Source of the DNA: Alloascoidea hylecoeti | Lineage: Eukaryota | Direction: 5' to 3' | NCBI GenBank assembly: GCA_001600815.1 | Contig: BCKZ01000006.1 | Coordinates: 964,137-1,028,136, forward strand | Length of the DNA stretch: 64,000 bases | Shown here: positions 26,536-38,142 of the stretch, in pieces | Position numbering within the stretch: the first letter of the stretch is position 1 | Layout of the letters: every line of letters starts with the position of its first letter | Notes under the pieces: generated by a model | The model's input: only the letters and a program-made list of their open reading frames with translations | Database searches by the model: none | Told to the model about the DNA's origin: nothing | Position numbers and translations under genes: made by a program

Positions 26536-28119
26536 TTATAGATTATAAATTTTTTTATAATCATCAAGACAGCCTAAACCAATATATTCTAAAAACCAAG
26601 TATTTAAATTTAAAGCAAATATTGCAACACCACTATAAACAATTAATCTTGCAATTACTTCAACATCATATTTATTTCTTTGAATTTTTAATTTTGATTT
26701 TAAATAATTTTCTTCATCTAAATCAGTTTTAAATTTTAATGATAATTTATCTAACTGTGGGAAATCTTGAAATTTATCATTTGAATTATCATTATCATTT
26801 GATTTATAACTTGAATTATTAACTAATGGAGATGAAGAAGAAGAAGAAGAAATTGATCTTTTTCTATATTCTCGATATGCCATTGTTTCATAAACATCAG
26901 CTTCTGATTCAGGACCAATACTAACAGCTCTTTTTCTTAAGATTAATTTTGGTACATTTGGAGTATTATCATAATCAACATTAACATCAATCTTCTTAAC
27001 ATCAACTAATTTATTATTATCATCATGATCATGGTTATGATTATGAATTGGTTTATTTAATTGATGAAAACCTTTTCTTGGTAATGAAACATTAAATTTT
27101 TCATCAAATATTTTATAAATTGGTGGTAAAATATAATGAATTAAAATTTTTTTTGAATAATGTTTCCAAATTATAATAATTATTATATTTATTAATAATC
27201 TTAAAAAAATTTTAAATGAACCAAATGATGAATATAAAAATGGAATTGTTGATGGAGTTGGGAAATTAATTAAATAATTTAAATTATGATTTGAACCATA
27301 CCAATGTGATAAATCAACACCAACTAAAACACCAAGAAAAGCAACGGCATCATCAAAACATGGACAATTATCAACAGGAACGGGATAAATGTTTAACATT
27401 AGTAAAACAATTGGGACGATTAAAAGAGCCAATGGAGAAGCAGAATATACCAAATTATCATATAAATCATGAGTTAAATATCTTAAAAACACAGTGAAAG
27501 TACCAATTAAAGCACCAACAATTATATCCAAAAAGCCATGCATACCACAATAAATTCGACCAAACATTAAACTGAAAGAATATAGAAAAATGATAAAATT
27601 GGCCAAAATTCGTAAAGTTGGAGATATTTGAGATTCGTCTAGTTGGTATAATTGAAGTAGTAATACCAAAGTAACAGCCATAGCATTTGCCGAATGACTA
27701 CTTGGAAATCCATATTCCAGCGCAGTGTAACCACTAAGGGTGATTCTCGCCAGTGGAGGAGATAAGGGCCTGGGCAAACACACGAAGTCTTTCAAAGCGC
27801 CCGAGAAGTAGATGCCAATCCCTAGGACGAAGATCAAAGTGCGGCCCAGGTCGGTGTAGCCCAACCACAGGGGTAGTGGAAGGAGCGTAACGTAGAAACC
27901 GTGGGATCCCAAGGAGGCAGACCATGCAAAATAGTAGTCCAGAAACGAGCATCTTGTCGAATGTTGGATGGCCGCCAGGAGCCTTGTTTCGCTCCTGACG
28001 AAGGGCAGCAGCCTTGATCTGATAGTGAACCTGAGGGGGGACAAGTGGGATCTGTAGTGCTGAGCGGGTTTGATGCCGGCATCTTGGGACGGGTCCGTGG
28101 AAACGGCGAAGTTGGACAT
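26536..28119 (-). CDS. LCB3: Long-chain base-1-phosphate phosphatase (PAP2 family, Lcb3/Ysr3-like)
   Basis: KDFVCLPRP, EYGFPSSHS and GRIYCGMHGFLD PAP2 motifs; multiple transmembrane segments; PVDNCPCFDD. Confidence 0.93.
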   Translation of the reverse strand: MSNFAVSTDPSQDAGIKPAQHYRSHLSPLRFTIRSRLLPFVRSETRLLAAIQHSTRCSFLDYYFAWSASLGSHGFYVTLLPLPLWLGYTDLGRTLIFVLGIGIYFSGALKDFVCLPRPLSPPLARITLSGYTALEYGFPSSHSANAMAVTLVLLLQLYQLDESQISPTLRILANFIIFLYSFSLMFGRIYCGMHGFLDIIVGALIGTFTVFLRYLTHDLYDNLVYSASPLALLIVPIVLLMLNIYPVPVDNCPCFDDAVAFLGVLVGVDLSHWYGSNHNLNYLINFPTPSTIPFLYSSFGSFKIFLRLLINIIIIIIWKHYSKKILIHYILPPIYKIFDEKFNVSLPRKGFHQLNKPIHNHNHDHDDNNKLVDVKKIDVNVDYDNTPNVPKLILRKRAVSIGPESEADVYETMAYREYRKRSISSSSSSSPLVNNSSYKSNDNDNSNDKFQDFPQLDKLSLKFKTDLDEENYLKSKLKIQRNKYDVEVIARLIVYSGVAIFALNLNTWFLEYIGLGCLDDYKKIYNL

Positions 28120-28239
28120 AAATATTACAGTAGTAAATCAGCACAGGTAAATAATTAATTAATACAGAGTACAGTGAGTGATGGTGGATATTATTATATA
28201 AAACAGAGCTCTCGCATTTTTACCACTCTCTGCGCAGAC

Positions 28240-30822
28240 ATGAACACTTTCCACCCAAACAGCGCCTTTTTCGCAGACGGCCCCCCCAACACCCAATCCT
28301 CCCCCCGAACACCCAGACACCCCCACGCCCACGCCTACCCTGCGGACCACGGCTTCTCCGGCGTCCCGGGCTCCGGGGCCATCACGGCGTCGGGCTCCAT
28401 GCGGCCCAGGCCCTACACGTACCCCCCCACCCCCACCCCGACCCGCGCGAGGGCGGCCCCGCCGAGACACAGCACGGACGCCCCCCGTCCGTCGCCGCCG
28501 CGGGGCGTCTGGGAGGATCAGCAGACGCAGCAGAAGCGGCCCAGGCCGTCCCACAGTCTCAAGAGCCTGAAGAGCTTGAAGAGTCTCAACAGCCTTAAAA
28601 AGTACATGAGCCCCAACCCCAGCCCCAACCCCAACCCCAACCCTCGCTCCCCCCACCCTAGCCGTCCGGACCCCCCTCTGCGTTCGCCACGTGAGCAGCA
28701 CACCCCCATAACTACGCATTACATACTGAAGAACAAGTCTCCCACACCTTCTAACAAATCAAACGTCCCCGAATATCGATTGGTTGATCAATCTGCCTAC
28801 ACCGAAAAGTTCACCAAATCTTATAATGGAAGATTATCCTTGGATTATAACACACCACCAAAACTGTCTCAGTCTCCTTCTCCATCTCCATCCCAGCCGC
28901 AGACAAGACGATCCCGCACAAAATCAAGATCAAAACCACAGACCCAATCAAAGTCAAAATCAAAGCAGAATTCGAAAAAGAAATCAAAACAAAAACAAAA
29001 ACAAAAAAAACTTCCTATAGCAATTCCACCAATAATATCAACTCCGCATTCATCTCCAAATTTTAATACTTTCAATACTTCAAAACTATCTTTTGAGCCT
29101 GATTATAAAATTAAAATCGTTCTTATTGGTGATCAATCATGTGGTAAAACAAATTTATTATCTTCTTATTTAAATCAATCATCAACAATTCCAAAATTAA
29201 ATTTAAATCCAAATTCCAAAATTTTTGAAAACTATATATCAAATGTTAAAACTCCAAAATCAAATAAATTAATTCAATTAGATCTTTGGGATACTGCTGG
29301 TAATCAACAATATGAAAGATTAAGACCATTAATTTATCCAAATGTTAATATTATATTAATATCTTTTGCAATTGATAATCCACAATCATTAATTAATACT
29401 TTAGATTATTGGTATCCTGAAATTTCTTTATTTTGTCCTGATATACCAATTATATTAATAGGTTTAAAATCGGATTTAAGGTATATGAATAATTTAATTG
29501 GTAATGAAATTGAAAATCAAAATCAAAATATTATATCAACTTTTGAATGTCAATTAATGGCTAAAAAATTAGGTGCAATTGCTTATTTAGAATGTTCATC
29601 TTTAAAAAATTTAAATATTAATAAAGTATTTAATTTAGCTATTACTATTGTTATTGAAGGTGAGAAATTTATTAATAAAATTAAACCAATTTTATATGGT
29701 AATTCAATTTCAAATACAAATACAAATACAAATACAAATAACAATTCAAATAAAGAAGGAAATGGAAATGGAAATGGAAATGGAAATGGAAATGGAAATC
29801 CAAAAATATTAATTCAAGATGTTGATGATAATACTGGTCATGATGGTGGGAAATTTTATGATTTTTTTAATGAAGATGAAATTAATAATGATGATGAAAA
29901 AGATAATGAAATTGATGAAATTGATGAAATTAATTCAAATATATCAAATAGTGATAGTGATGATAGTTTTAATGAAATTGAAGATGCTTGTGATTCAGAT
30001 ATGAATTCTTATTTGAATTTTAATCAACAAGGGAATAAAATTCATTATCAACGACAACATAAACACCATGAACAATATGAACAACGACGGATAATTAGAG
30101 GTGGTTTACCGACACCAAGTTTAACTCCAAGTCCTAATGGATCAGATAATTTAACATTAAATTCAAATTTAGATTCAAATCAAAAGTCAAATCAACGTTC
30201 AAGTAAAAATTCAAAAATTAGACCACATTCAGAAATAATTCAACAATCAACTAAAAAATTATCAATGGATACCACTAATCATAGACGTATTTCATCAGTA
30301 GATTCAAATTCAAATATATCATCATCAATTTCAAATCTTCCGATACCACCTTCAAATTTACAATTACATTATAAACAAAAGCAAAAACATTTACAAAATC
30401 AATTACAATTACAACAACAATTACAATTACAAAAGCAACAACAACAACAATTACAACTACAGAAACAACAACAATTACAACTACAGAAACAACAACAATT
30501 ACAAAAACAACAAATACAACTTCAACAACAGCAATATCACGAACAAATACAACAGCAGAAACAAATACAACCTAAATCATCTTCAAAATCCTTAAAATCT
30601 TTAAAATCTTTAAAATCTCTAAAATCTTTAAAATCAAATACATTATTACGTAAAAAAAGCAGAAGTTTAAAAGCTCATTTAAATTTAAATCATATGAATG
30701 ATCATTTAAATAATATTAATGATAATAACATCAAAGATTATGAATATGATTATGATGATGATGATGATTATTCATTATATGGTTATGATTATAAAGATAA
30801 GAAAGATTGTGTTATGTTATGA
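28240..30822 (+). CDS. Atypical Rho4-like GTPase with long N- and C-terminal extensions (860 aa from ATG 28240; the ORF track starts at GTG 28174)
   Basis: KIVLIGDQSCGKT, IFENY, LWDTAG, RLRPL, WYPEISLFCP, GLKSDLR, ECSS; C-terminal CAAX KDCVML; overall pattern closest to Rho4. Confidence 0.85.
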   Translation: MNTFHPNSAFFADGPPNTQSSPRTPRHPHAHAYPADHGFSGVPGSGAITASGSMRPRPYTYPPTPTPTRARAAPPRHSTDAPRPSPPRGVWEDQQTQQKRPRPSHSLKSLKSLKSLNSLKKYMSPNPSPNPNPNPRSPHPSRPDPPLRSPREQHTPITTHYILKNKSPTPSNKSNVPEYRLVDQSAYTEKFTKSYNGRLSLDYNTPPKLSQSPSPSPSQPQTRRSRTKSRSKPQTQSKSKSKQNSKKKSKQKQKQKKLPIAIPPIISTPHSSPNFNTFNTSKLSFEPDYKIKIVLIGDQSCGKTNLLSSYLNQSSTIPKLNLNPNSKIFENYISNVKTPKSNKLIQLDLWDTAGNQQYERLRPLIYPNVNIILISFAIDNPQSLINTLDYWYPEISLFCPDIPIILIGLKSDLRYMNNLIGNEIENQNQNIISTFECQLMAKKLGAIAYLECSSLKNLNINKVFNLAITIVIEGEKFINKIKPILYGNSISNTNTNTNTNNNSNKEGNGNGNGNGNGNGNPKILIQDVDDNTGHDGGKFYDFFNEDEINNDDEKDNEIDEIDEINSNISNSDSDDSFNEIEDACDSDMNSYLNFNQQGNKIHYQRQHKHHEQYEQRRIIRGGLPTPSLTPSPNGSDNLTLNSNLDSNQKSNQRSSKNSKIRPHSEIIQQSTKKLSMDTTNHRRISSVDSNSNISSSISNLPIPPSNLQLHYKQKQKHLQNQLQLQQQLQLQKQQQQQLQLQKQQQLQLQKQQQLQKQQIQLQQQQYHEQIQQQKQIQPKSSSKSLKSLKSLKSLKSLKSNTLLRKKSRSLKAHLNLNHMNDHLNNINDNNIKDYEYDYDDDDDYSLYGYDYKDKKDCVML

Positions 30823-31961
30823 AATTAATGTTATTAATTGGATTGGATTGAATTCAACAATGAACAATATTATTTGTTCTTTTTTTGTTTGTTGGAATCG
30901 ATATATATGTTGGGGGGGTTAATAATTTGCAAATTGATTGGATGATTGTTTTTAAAATTAGATCATTAGATCTTATTTTTTTGTTTCTTGACTTTTGATT
31001 TTTGTTCTAGAAATTTTGGTCTTTATTGTACTTGATTGTTTCCTTTATATTCAAAGTACATTGACATTAAACGGTAGATTAATATTCTTATCGGTATCTA
31101 TCTATCTATCTATCTGTCTTCTTGCCTTCTAATTATCATATCTTATGACGCGCTTACGTTTCCTTTACTCTCATTACATGTTTCATATCTTAATGGTTCT
31201 CGTTCATTCAATTTTATGTTTAAATTTTCATATTTTCTCACTTTAACTATTAATTAAAAAAATGACAATTGTTTATCTATAGTTTATCATAAACAAAAAT
31301 ATAAAAAAATACAAAAAATACAAAAAAAAAAAAAAAAGACATTCAACATTCGTGTTTTTATTATTATCATTATCAATGATTATAATCATGATTTTTTTTA
31401 TATAATTCACAATTAATATTAATATTTGATATGGAATTGAATTGAAAAATACTTTTATAGAAATTATAATTATAATTGCATTTGATTTGATTTTATTTAA
31501 ATTTAAGCTGAGACAATATTTGATTGCAAAGCTTGATCAAGATAATTTACCATAATATTATTATTTTCTATTTTTTTATTTTTTCTTATTTATTAACATT
31601 TAATTGTTATTTTTATGTTATGAATAAATCATGTTAACGCTTAAAACCTCGTTTAACATAATTATTGAAAATGTTTTAAATTTAAATTTTAAAAAGTAGA
31701 TAGCATTAACGATTTTTTTCCTTATGATTTTCTTTAGATCTAGATCTATAGATCTCTCTTATGTTTTTATTTATTGACTTTATTAGTCTTTAAATTTGTT
31801 TTTTTTTTTTGTTTTTGTTTTTTTTCATTATCATTATCATTAAAATTTTCATAAAATATTATTATTGATTATTAATATTAAACATTAATTTATAATTCTG
31901 TACTACTTTCTAACTATCGAACAACTTTATAATTAATATTATATAGTTGTAACATTCGTTC

Positions 31962-32003
31962 ATAATATAATATAATATAATATAATATAATATAATATAA
32001 TAT
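31962..32003. repeat. (ATAAT)n microsatellite
   Basis: Read directly. Confidence 0.9.
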
Positions 32004-34596
32004 CATAATCGGTATCATCTCAATTCAATTGCAACGTTAATGTTTATGTATTAATATTATGAATTTATGACTATCACTTATAAGCGCTTGTAATTGTAAT
32101 TAATTTGAGTATTCACCAATTACTCTTTATATATTTTTGTAAAGCTAATATTTAATAGCTATATAGTTTTATAAGATCTAGATAAGCTTAAGATTATTAA
32201 GTCCTATAAATTTAAATGTGCTCCCCTAAAGCCAATAATAGAAGTTTATAAAACCAACTTGATTATATCTCAGCTTTTGACATCTTTCGATTAAATTATA
32301 CTACCAATTATTATCATATGATCATTACATTCTATTAATATTAATTAAAGCGCTAGCTAACCATATGTTTGTGAATCTTGTGATAATTAGATATTTGAAA
32401 TAATTATGATCTGTTGGCATTTAGATGTTATAGATACACATTGTGTGATTTTCAAGCTTAGAGCATATCTAATAAAATTCTATATGATTCTACAACATTC
32501 AAATATCTTTAACAAGATGTAAGAATTCCATTTCAAGCCATTTAAGTTGATCATTTAATTAATAATCAATATTTGTCTTTCTTTTAACCTTGTTAGCTGG
32601 TATCGTTTCCCCTGACAGATGATACTTTTGTATGAACAATCATATGCATATGTAATTACATGTTGTGTTTCCTCAAATCACAACATTAAATATGCAATTG
32701 TTATTCAACTGCAGAATAGTTAACATTAATTTAAATCTGGTAAATATTCTTTGCTAGATCATAAGCGCCTTCTATACATATTCACTTATTTCTTACAACA
32801 AATTATCATCAATTCCAACAGTAATATTAAAATATGATAGTTAAAAATTAAATCATTCTTCATTAATATTTGATCCCAATTTCGACCTTAGACTTAAGAT
32901 GTCTTCTCTTTCGAATTACCAATTCTTTATTAGTATCCCCACACTATATTTCTTTGAATACGTGGCCATTTATAAAGTTTTTGCCAGCACTCCATCGTCC
33001 ATTACACTGTAATTAATTATACAGGTCTAAATAGCTACGACATGCAATGTTAAGAATTTATGAACGATCCAACAATTTCAGCTTTTTAATATTGTAGCAG
33101 TCACCTTTTAGCTTAGGATATGTAGTATAATATTAATGGATATATTATAAAATTGAAAATTTGGTCGCAATTGTATTTAATTACTTCAACTTATAATTAT
33201 GATCGCGAGCCTTAGTGCACAACTTGACAGGACCAGTAAGCGTTATTTGGGTACTTATACAGTTATTTGTAGCTTTTATATATTTAATAGAAAATAGACT
33301 AGCAGTTGATAATAATATCTAACGGCAACTATTGTATATGGAAGTTGACATTAATATTCACTGGCTTATTAAAAATGTAAAGAGATCTAATTGGTCCTAC
33401 TTAGAAGTTAGACTCCAATTTTGTAATAATAAATATTATCATCAGATAATTAAACTTTCTTCTTATCACAGATCTAGATTGTAGAGTGAACAATGAACAT
33501 TGAACAAGCATCTAGCCTAGGCCTAGGTAGTAGGTAGTAGTAAACAGTTATTATTACTTACAGTTAGTGCACTAATTATAGACCATGATGAACACCGGAA
33601 AGTGAACTCATCAATTAGCCGGCGGCGCGGTGGAAAACATAAAATTGGTCAATTGCAATAAACTTAAGTTTGGACTTCATTTACTGAACAATTGGTCTAA
33701 TAATACAATAATATAATTGATACATAGACGTAGAAATTATTTAAATTTTAGTACCATATCAGATTGTCAGTGTTTGTGTTAGTCATGGTCCATAATAAGT
33801 GCATCAACTATACCTTTTGTAATTGGTAGTTCATTTGTCTCTTGTAATATAGCTCTCCAATATCATATAATTATTTGTTATAACAATGCAAACATTTATT
33901 TTTTAGTTATAGATAATATAACAGTTTCAATGAATAGGTAATGAATAGCATAGAACTACTATGTCCTCCAACTGTTAATAGAGATTTTTTTTAACTTTTT
34001 ATACAATTCCCAATTAAAGTCTATATAACTACACCTAACTAGAAAATATGTAAATGCAGAGAAAGCTTAAGTCTCTTCTATAATTGTATATACTAGTGAT
34101 CAAGATAAAACCTCTATATCTATTTTGTCTATGTTCTTGACATATATCTTTCTTCTCTTTTATCTCTTCAAGAATTTTTTTTTACTTTACGTATAATTTC
34201 CGATTAAAACTTCCAAATAATTTAAATAGGAAATCACTCAAGTAAATTTTCTTTTTTTAACCTTTCATATATTTTCCTATTAAATTAAATAGCTAGAAAC
34301 TATGTAAATTCTGAGGAAATCTCTGAAATAAAAACCTCTTAGGTATATACTAATATAACGAGTAGAATCCACTTTCAGAATCGTATTGTAAAACTTTATA
34401 TTTACTTATGCCACTTTCCATTTACTTTTGCTATGCACTTATGCTACCAATATTATCATATGATCTATATATAACCCGGACATAGCTAGAACTATATAAA
34501 CCTTCGTTTCCAGCTATCTTGGGAGATAACTAACTTTAATAAGATTGAATACACTTTTCTTGTTCCTGTTTTGTGTCGCGGCACGTATAACACAAA

Positions 34597-34693
34597 GCCC
34601 GCGTAGCCTAATGGTTAGGGCGTCAGACTTCTATTAAAAGAGTTTCTTTGGGTTGCAATCTGAAGATTGTGGGTTCGACTCCCACCGTGGGTG
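34597..34693 (+). tRNA. tRNA-Arg(UCU) with a 24-nt intron (34634-34657)
   Basis: Acceptor stem GCCCGCG/CGTGGGT; A-box TAGCCTAATGG; anticodon stem TCAGA/TCTGA with CT-TCT-A; T-arm GTGGG-TTCGACT-CCCAC; T-runs downstream. Confidence 0.95.
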
Positions 34694-35314
34694 TTTATTT
34701 TTGTTAATTTTTTCACCTAGCTCAGGGCCTCATGGCTATGGAAAGTGATAGAACTAAAAGAAAAAGAAATTGAAGTGAAATTTTTCCTTGACTTTAATCA
34801 TAAGGAAAGAAAAGAATTAATATTAAGAGCGGTAACCGTTTTTTTGATTAGAAAATATCACAGAAGATACTATCAACAGGATGTTGTTTATCAGCATCTC
34901 AATGGAGTAAAATGATTGAAAGAGACTCCACAAGGCTTTGTTCTGAACCACTTAGGTGATATGGACAAAAAAAAAAAGAAAAATAGGAAAGATGTATACA
35001 TGACATCCTTTACTCGTATTAATTGAGTAAGAAGTTGGAAATGGTAACAATAATACTATAAAAAGTAACAACATTACTCAAAAAAGAGTGAACCTCTAAC
35101 ATTAGTAAGAGGTATTTTTGCCTAGTAATAGGTCTTTTTATTTTCACAAATTTTTGGTTGTTATGAATATAGTATTTATAGATAAAGCAGTTTAATATAG
35201 AGCCTTAATGGCCACTTGAAAAAAAAAATGGACACACTCTCTGTTTAACTGAGTATCGTTTAGGTGGTTTGCATGAGAGACCCTGAGCTAGGTGAAAAAA
35301 TTAACAAAAATAAA

Positions 35315-35411
35315 CACCCACGGTGGGAGTCGAACCCACAATCTTCAGATTGCAACCCAAAGAAACTCTTTTAATAGAAGTCTGACGCCCTAACCATTAG
35401 GCTACGCGGGC
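35315..35411 (-). tRNA. tRNA-Arg(UCU) with intron, identical inverted copy
   Basis: Reverse complement of 34597-34693, including the intron. Confidence 0.95.
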
Positions 35412-35932
35412 TTTGTGTTGTACAACTTTGAAATTGACTTCAACCCATTATATTCTACACGCTGTTTTAGCATGTGACCTAGGTTTGATTCTGATGACAC
35501 CCAAATTGACTATTTAGACGTTTGTCATTTGGCTGGGAAGCCATCACTAGAGTGCTTATGGAAAACATCTGGGGTTTTAGTGGGTATTGCCCGGGGTCCT
35601 GGATTTATCTAGAAGGGTTGAGTCTCCACACTGTTGTCTTAATTATGTAAGGCTTCGTCCGTGAATAGGATTTCCTCCTGATACTGTAAAGTTAAAAAAA
35701 AATGGGGCTTTTATCAAAAAGGCACTAGAGCTAAGAAAAAGTATTAGATTTACAGAGACACCACCACAAATATTAAATGAGATTGATTGAGGGGATTCTA
35801 ATATCTAAAAACTTGAAAAAGTAGTAAAAAAAATCTAATAAAAAAAAAATATAATTACTTTTAAGATGGTCTAGGTTCATAAGAGAAGAAAGAAGAGTGG
35901 CAAGAATACACAAAAATAAGAAGAATAGAAAA

Positions 35933-36697
35933 AGAGGCTTTTATTTCACTATATATAGTAGAGATTTCCTCAGAATTTACATAGTTTCTAGTTATATAAT
36001 TTAATTGGAAAATATATGAAAAGTTAAAAAAAAAAAGTCATCTTTTCCACTTTCAATGATTATATGAATGTTAATATTCATAATCCCTTTATTAGTTGTA
36101 TCAAATACAACATTTTCTTTTCGTTCTCTTTTTAATTTATCAAATTGATGTTGAAATATTTTAACAATATTTCCAAAATTGCCTGAATAGCCAAGTAGGT
36201 CTTTTTTGAGCAATAATATTGCAACTTATTTCGTATGTGATAAGATCCCCCGTAATTCCCGTTTTGATTGGTTCGAGATTGAAACGAACATATGGATTTT
36301 CCGGATCCACAAAGTCTTCAGTAACTAGATTGTTTTCATAAACAATCTCTTCATTACCATTCTCGAATGTCCCATCTGCATATGATAGGTACAATGCTGT
36401 TCTATTTCTATCAGTAAAGAAATCAATTCCTTCTTTATTAAGGAGCTTAGTTTAAGCTGCTTTTATGATATAATTCAAGTAGTTCTTATCGTTTAATAGT
36501 TCTGATTCTTTAATTTTGATCTTAAATCTCATTTTCTCAAGCATGGGATTTTCTAGGCCTGCAATGAAGTTGGTTACTTCATTCAAATATTTTCCTTCAT
36601 CCTCATTAATAGCTTTTTTAAAGATTTTTGGATTCAATTTTCTTTGTTGTGTATTAATTGATGATGCCGCAACAGCAGTGTACGATAAAGTGTTCAT
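35933..36697 (-). pseudogene. Degenerate ORF, possibly a non-LTR retrotransposon ORF1 relic
   Basis: ORFs 36452-36697 and 36161-36394 share a frame across one TAA, then frameshift into 36001-36213. Starts MNTLSYTAVAAS; ends in a decayed CKF*GNL zinc-knuckle-like motif; its 3' part recurs at 34251-34340 and ~33983-34113. Confidence 0.45.
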
Positions 36698-37566
36698 TTT
36701 ATTTTTGATTTTTTTTTGATATTTTTATCCGTGTATATTTATAGGATCTTATCAAGTATAAATTACTATTAATTTGAAATTCTTTCAGCAAAAGGAAACG
36801 TTGTAGTGAGCATATCTATTTAGTTATTTCTCCTGAATATTGATATATTAATAAATATTAATTGCTGTACCTATTCCCCTATTATCACAAAAAAAAAAAA
36901 AAAAACAATGTTGATATGAATAAATTGAATGATCAGTGGAATATCCTACTTAACTTCATAATAAATTTCTCCTATATCAGTAGATTAGTACTGGCATCGA
37001 TATTAATGGAGGAATAAGATATTTCGTATATACCGCAAAAGAAATAAGAAGCTTTTTCACATTAAATGGGCTTACGAATGAGAACGTGTCTCATTTCTTT
37101 TTCAATATCTTCAATTGGATTATTCACGCTACCAGAACTCATAATCTAATGATTTAATACTATAGACAGGTATAAATCAAAAATCCATTATAATTACATC
37201 ATTTATACCTTGAGATATAACTTATCAAGCAAGAAGTTTATCAAGTTTATTGGGATCAACTAATAAGTATGTGAATATCGGTAGTTTTAAATTTAATAAT
37301 AAACTGAATATCATCATTATGAAAGGGTTAAATAATAGAAATGAACTTACATATATAGACAGGATTGCAATCAATTAATTTAGAAAGAACTTTCAACTCC
37401 ATTTCCCCTTCAACCTGTGGTTGGATTTATAATTGAAAAAATATGGTATAAAATCATTAAATAAGAAGAACAACTTCTAATTAGAAAATAAAATAAATTT
37501 ATATAGACATGTCTTTTGATTGAAGTTATAAAATATTTGTTATCATGGCGGTAAACATTGAATGGC

Positions 37567-38142
37567 TTACCAGGAAAAAACGCCCTCTGTGACACTTCTA
37601 TCATTTTCATTTAATGCTTTCCATCTTTGATAGCCACCTTTTAGTATATAAATATTCGGGATGTTGGAAAACTCACCGGATTCCTTCTTCTCGTGCATTG
37701 TCTGAGCGTATTTGATTGCCGCTGCTGGACTTCTAATTTCTGAAGACATGCAATGAAAAATGACATTTTCCAGATCCTTGGTGTCTTTGGTAAGCGTTTC
37801 CATAAGAATCGAAAGTGAATTATAAGGATAATTGTGCGAATGAATGATATGTCCCTAGATAATGGATTGAAGGAAGTTAGCAAGTTGGTTTTGATCATGC
37901 AAAAGAAAATTAAAACATACACCATCATGATCAAGATCACGAACATCTATCACTTTAAAAGTGCCATAATCATCGGGGTGTGAAATCCAGACTTTTAATG
38001 TTTCCGGAGGAATTTCTTGGATATTAAAATTCTTTAGTTTTTCTTGTTGAAGTTTGCTCCTCTCTGCTTGTGTCAGCGCGGTATTGTTTCCATTTGTCTT
38101 TTTGGATGTAAAAGATGGGAAATGAAGGCCTGATTTTGCCAT
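37567..38142 (-). CDS. YCH1: Cdc25-like rhodanese-domain phosphatase/arsenate reductase (Ych1/Ibp1 family); exons 38142-37921 and 37854-37567
   Basis: Splicing intron 37920-37855 (GTATGT...GCTAAC...TAG) gives VIDVRDLDHDGGHIIHSHNYP; active site FHCMSSEIRSP (CX5R); ILKGGYQRW. Confidence 0.85.

Noticed and set aside
28159..28719. 186-aa minus-strand ORF and ORFs 27734-28144, 27834-28082
   Set aside because: Shadow frames of LCB3 and the Rho gene that stay open because the GC-rich island has few stops
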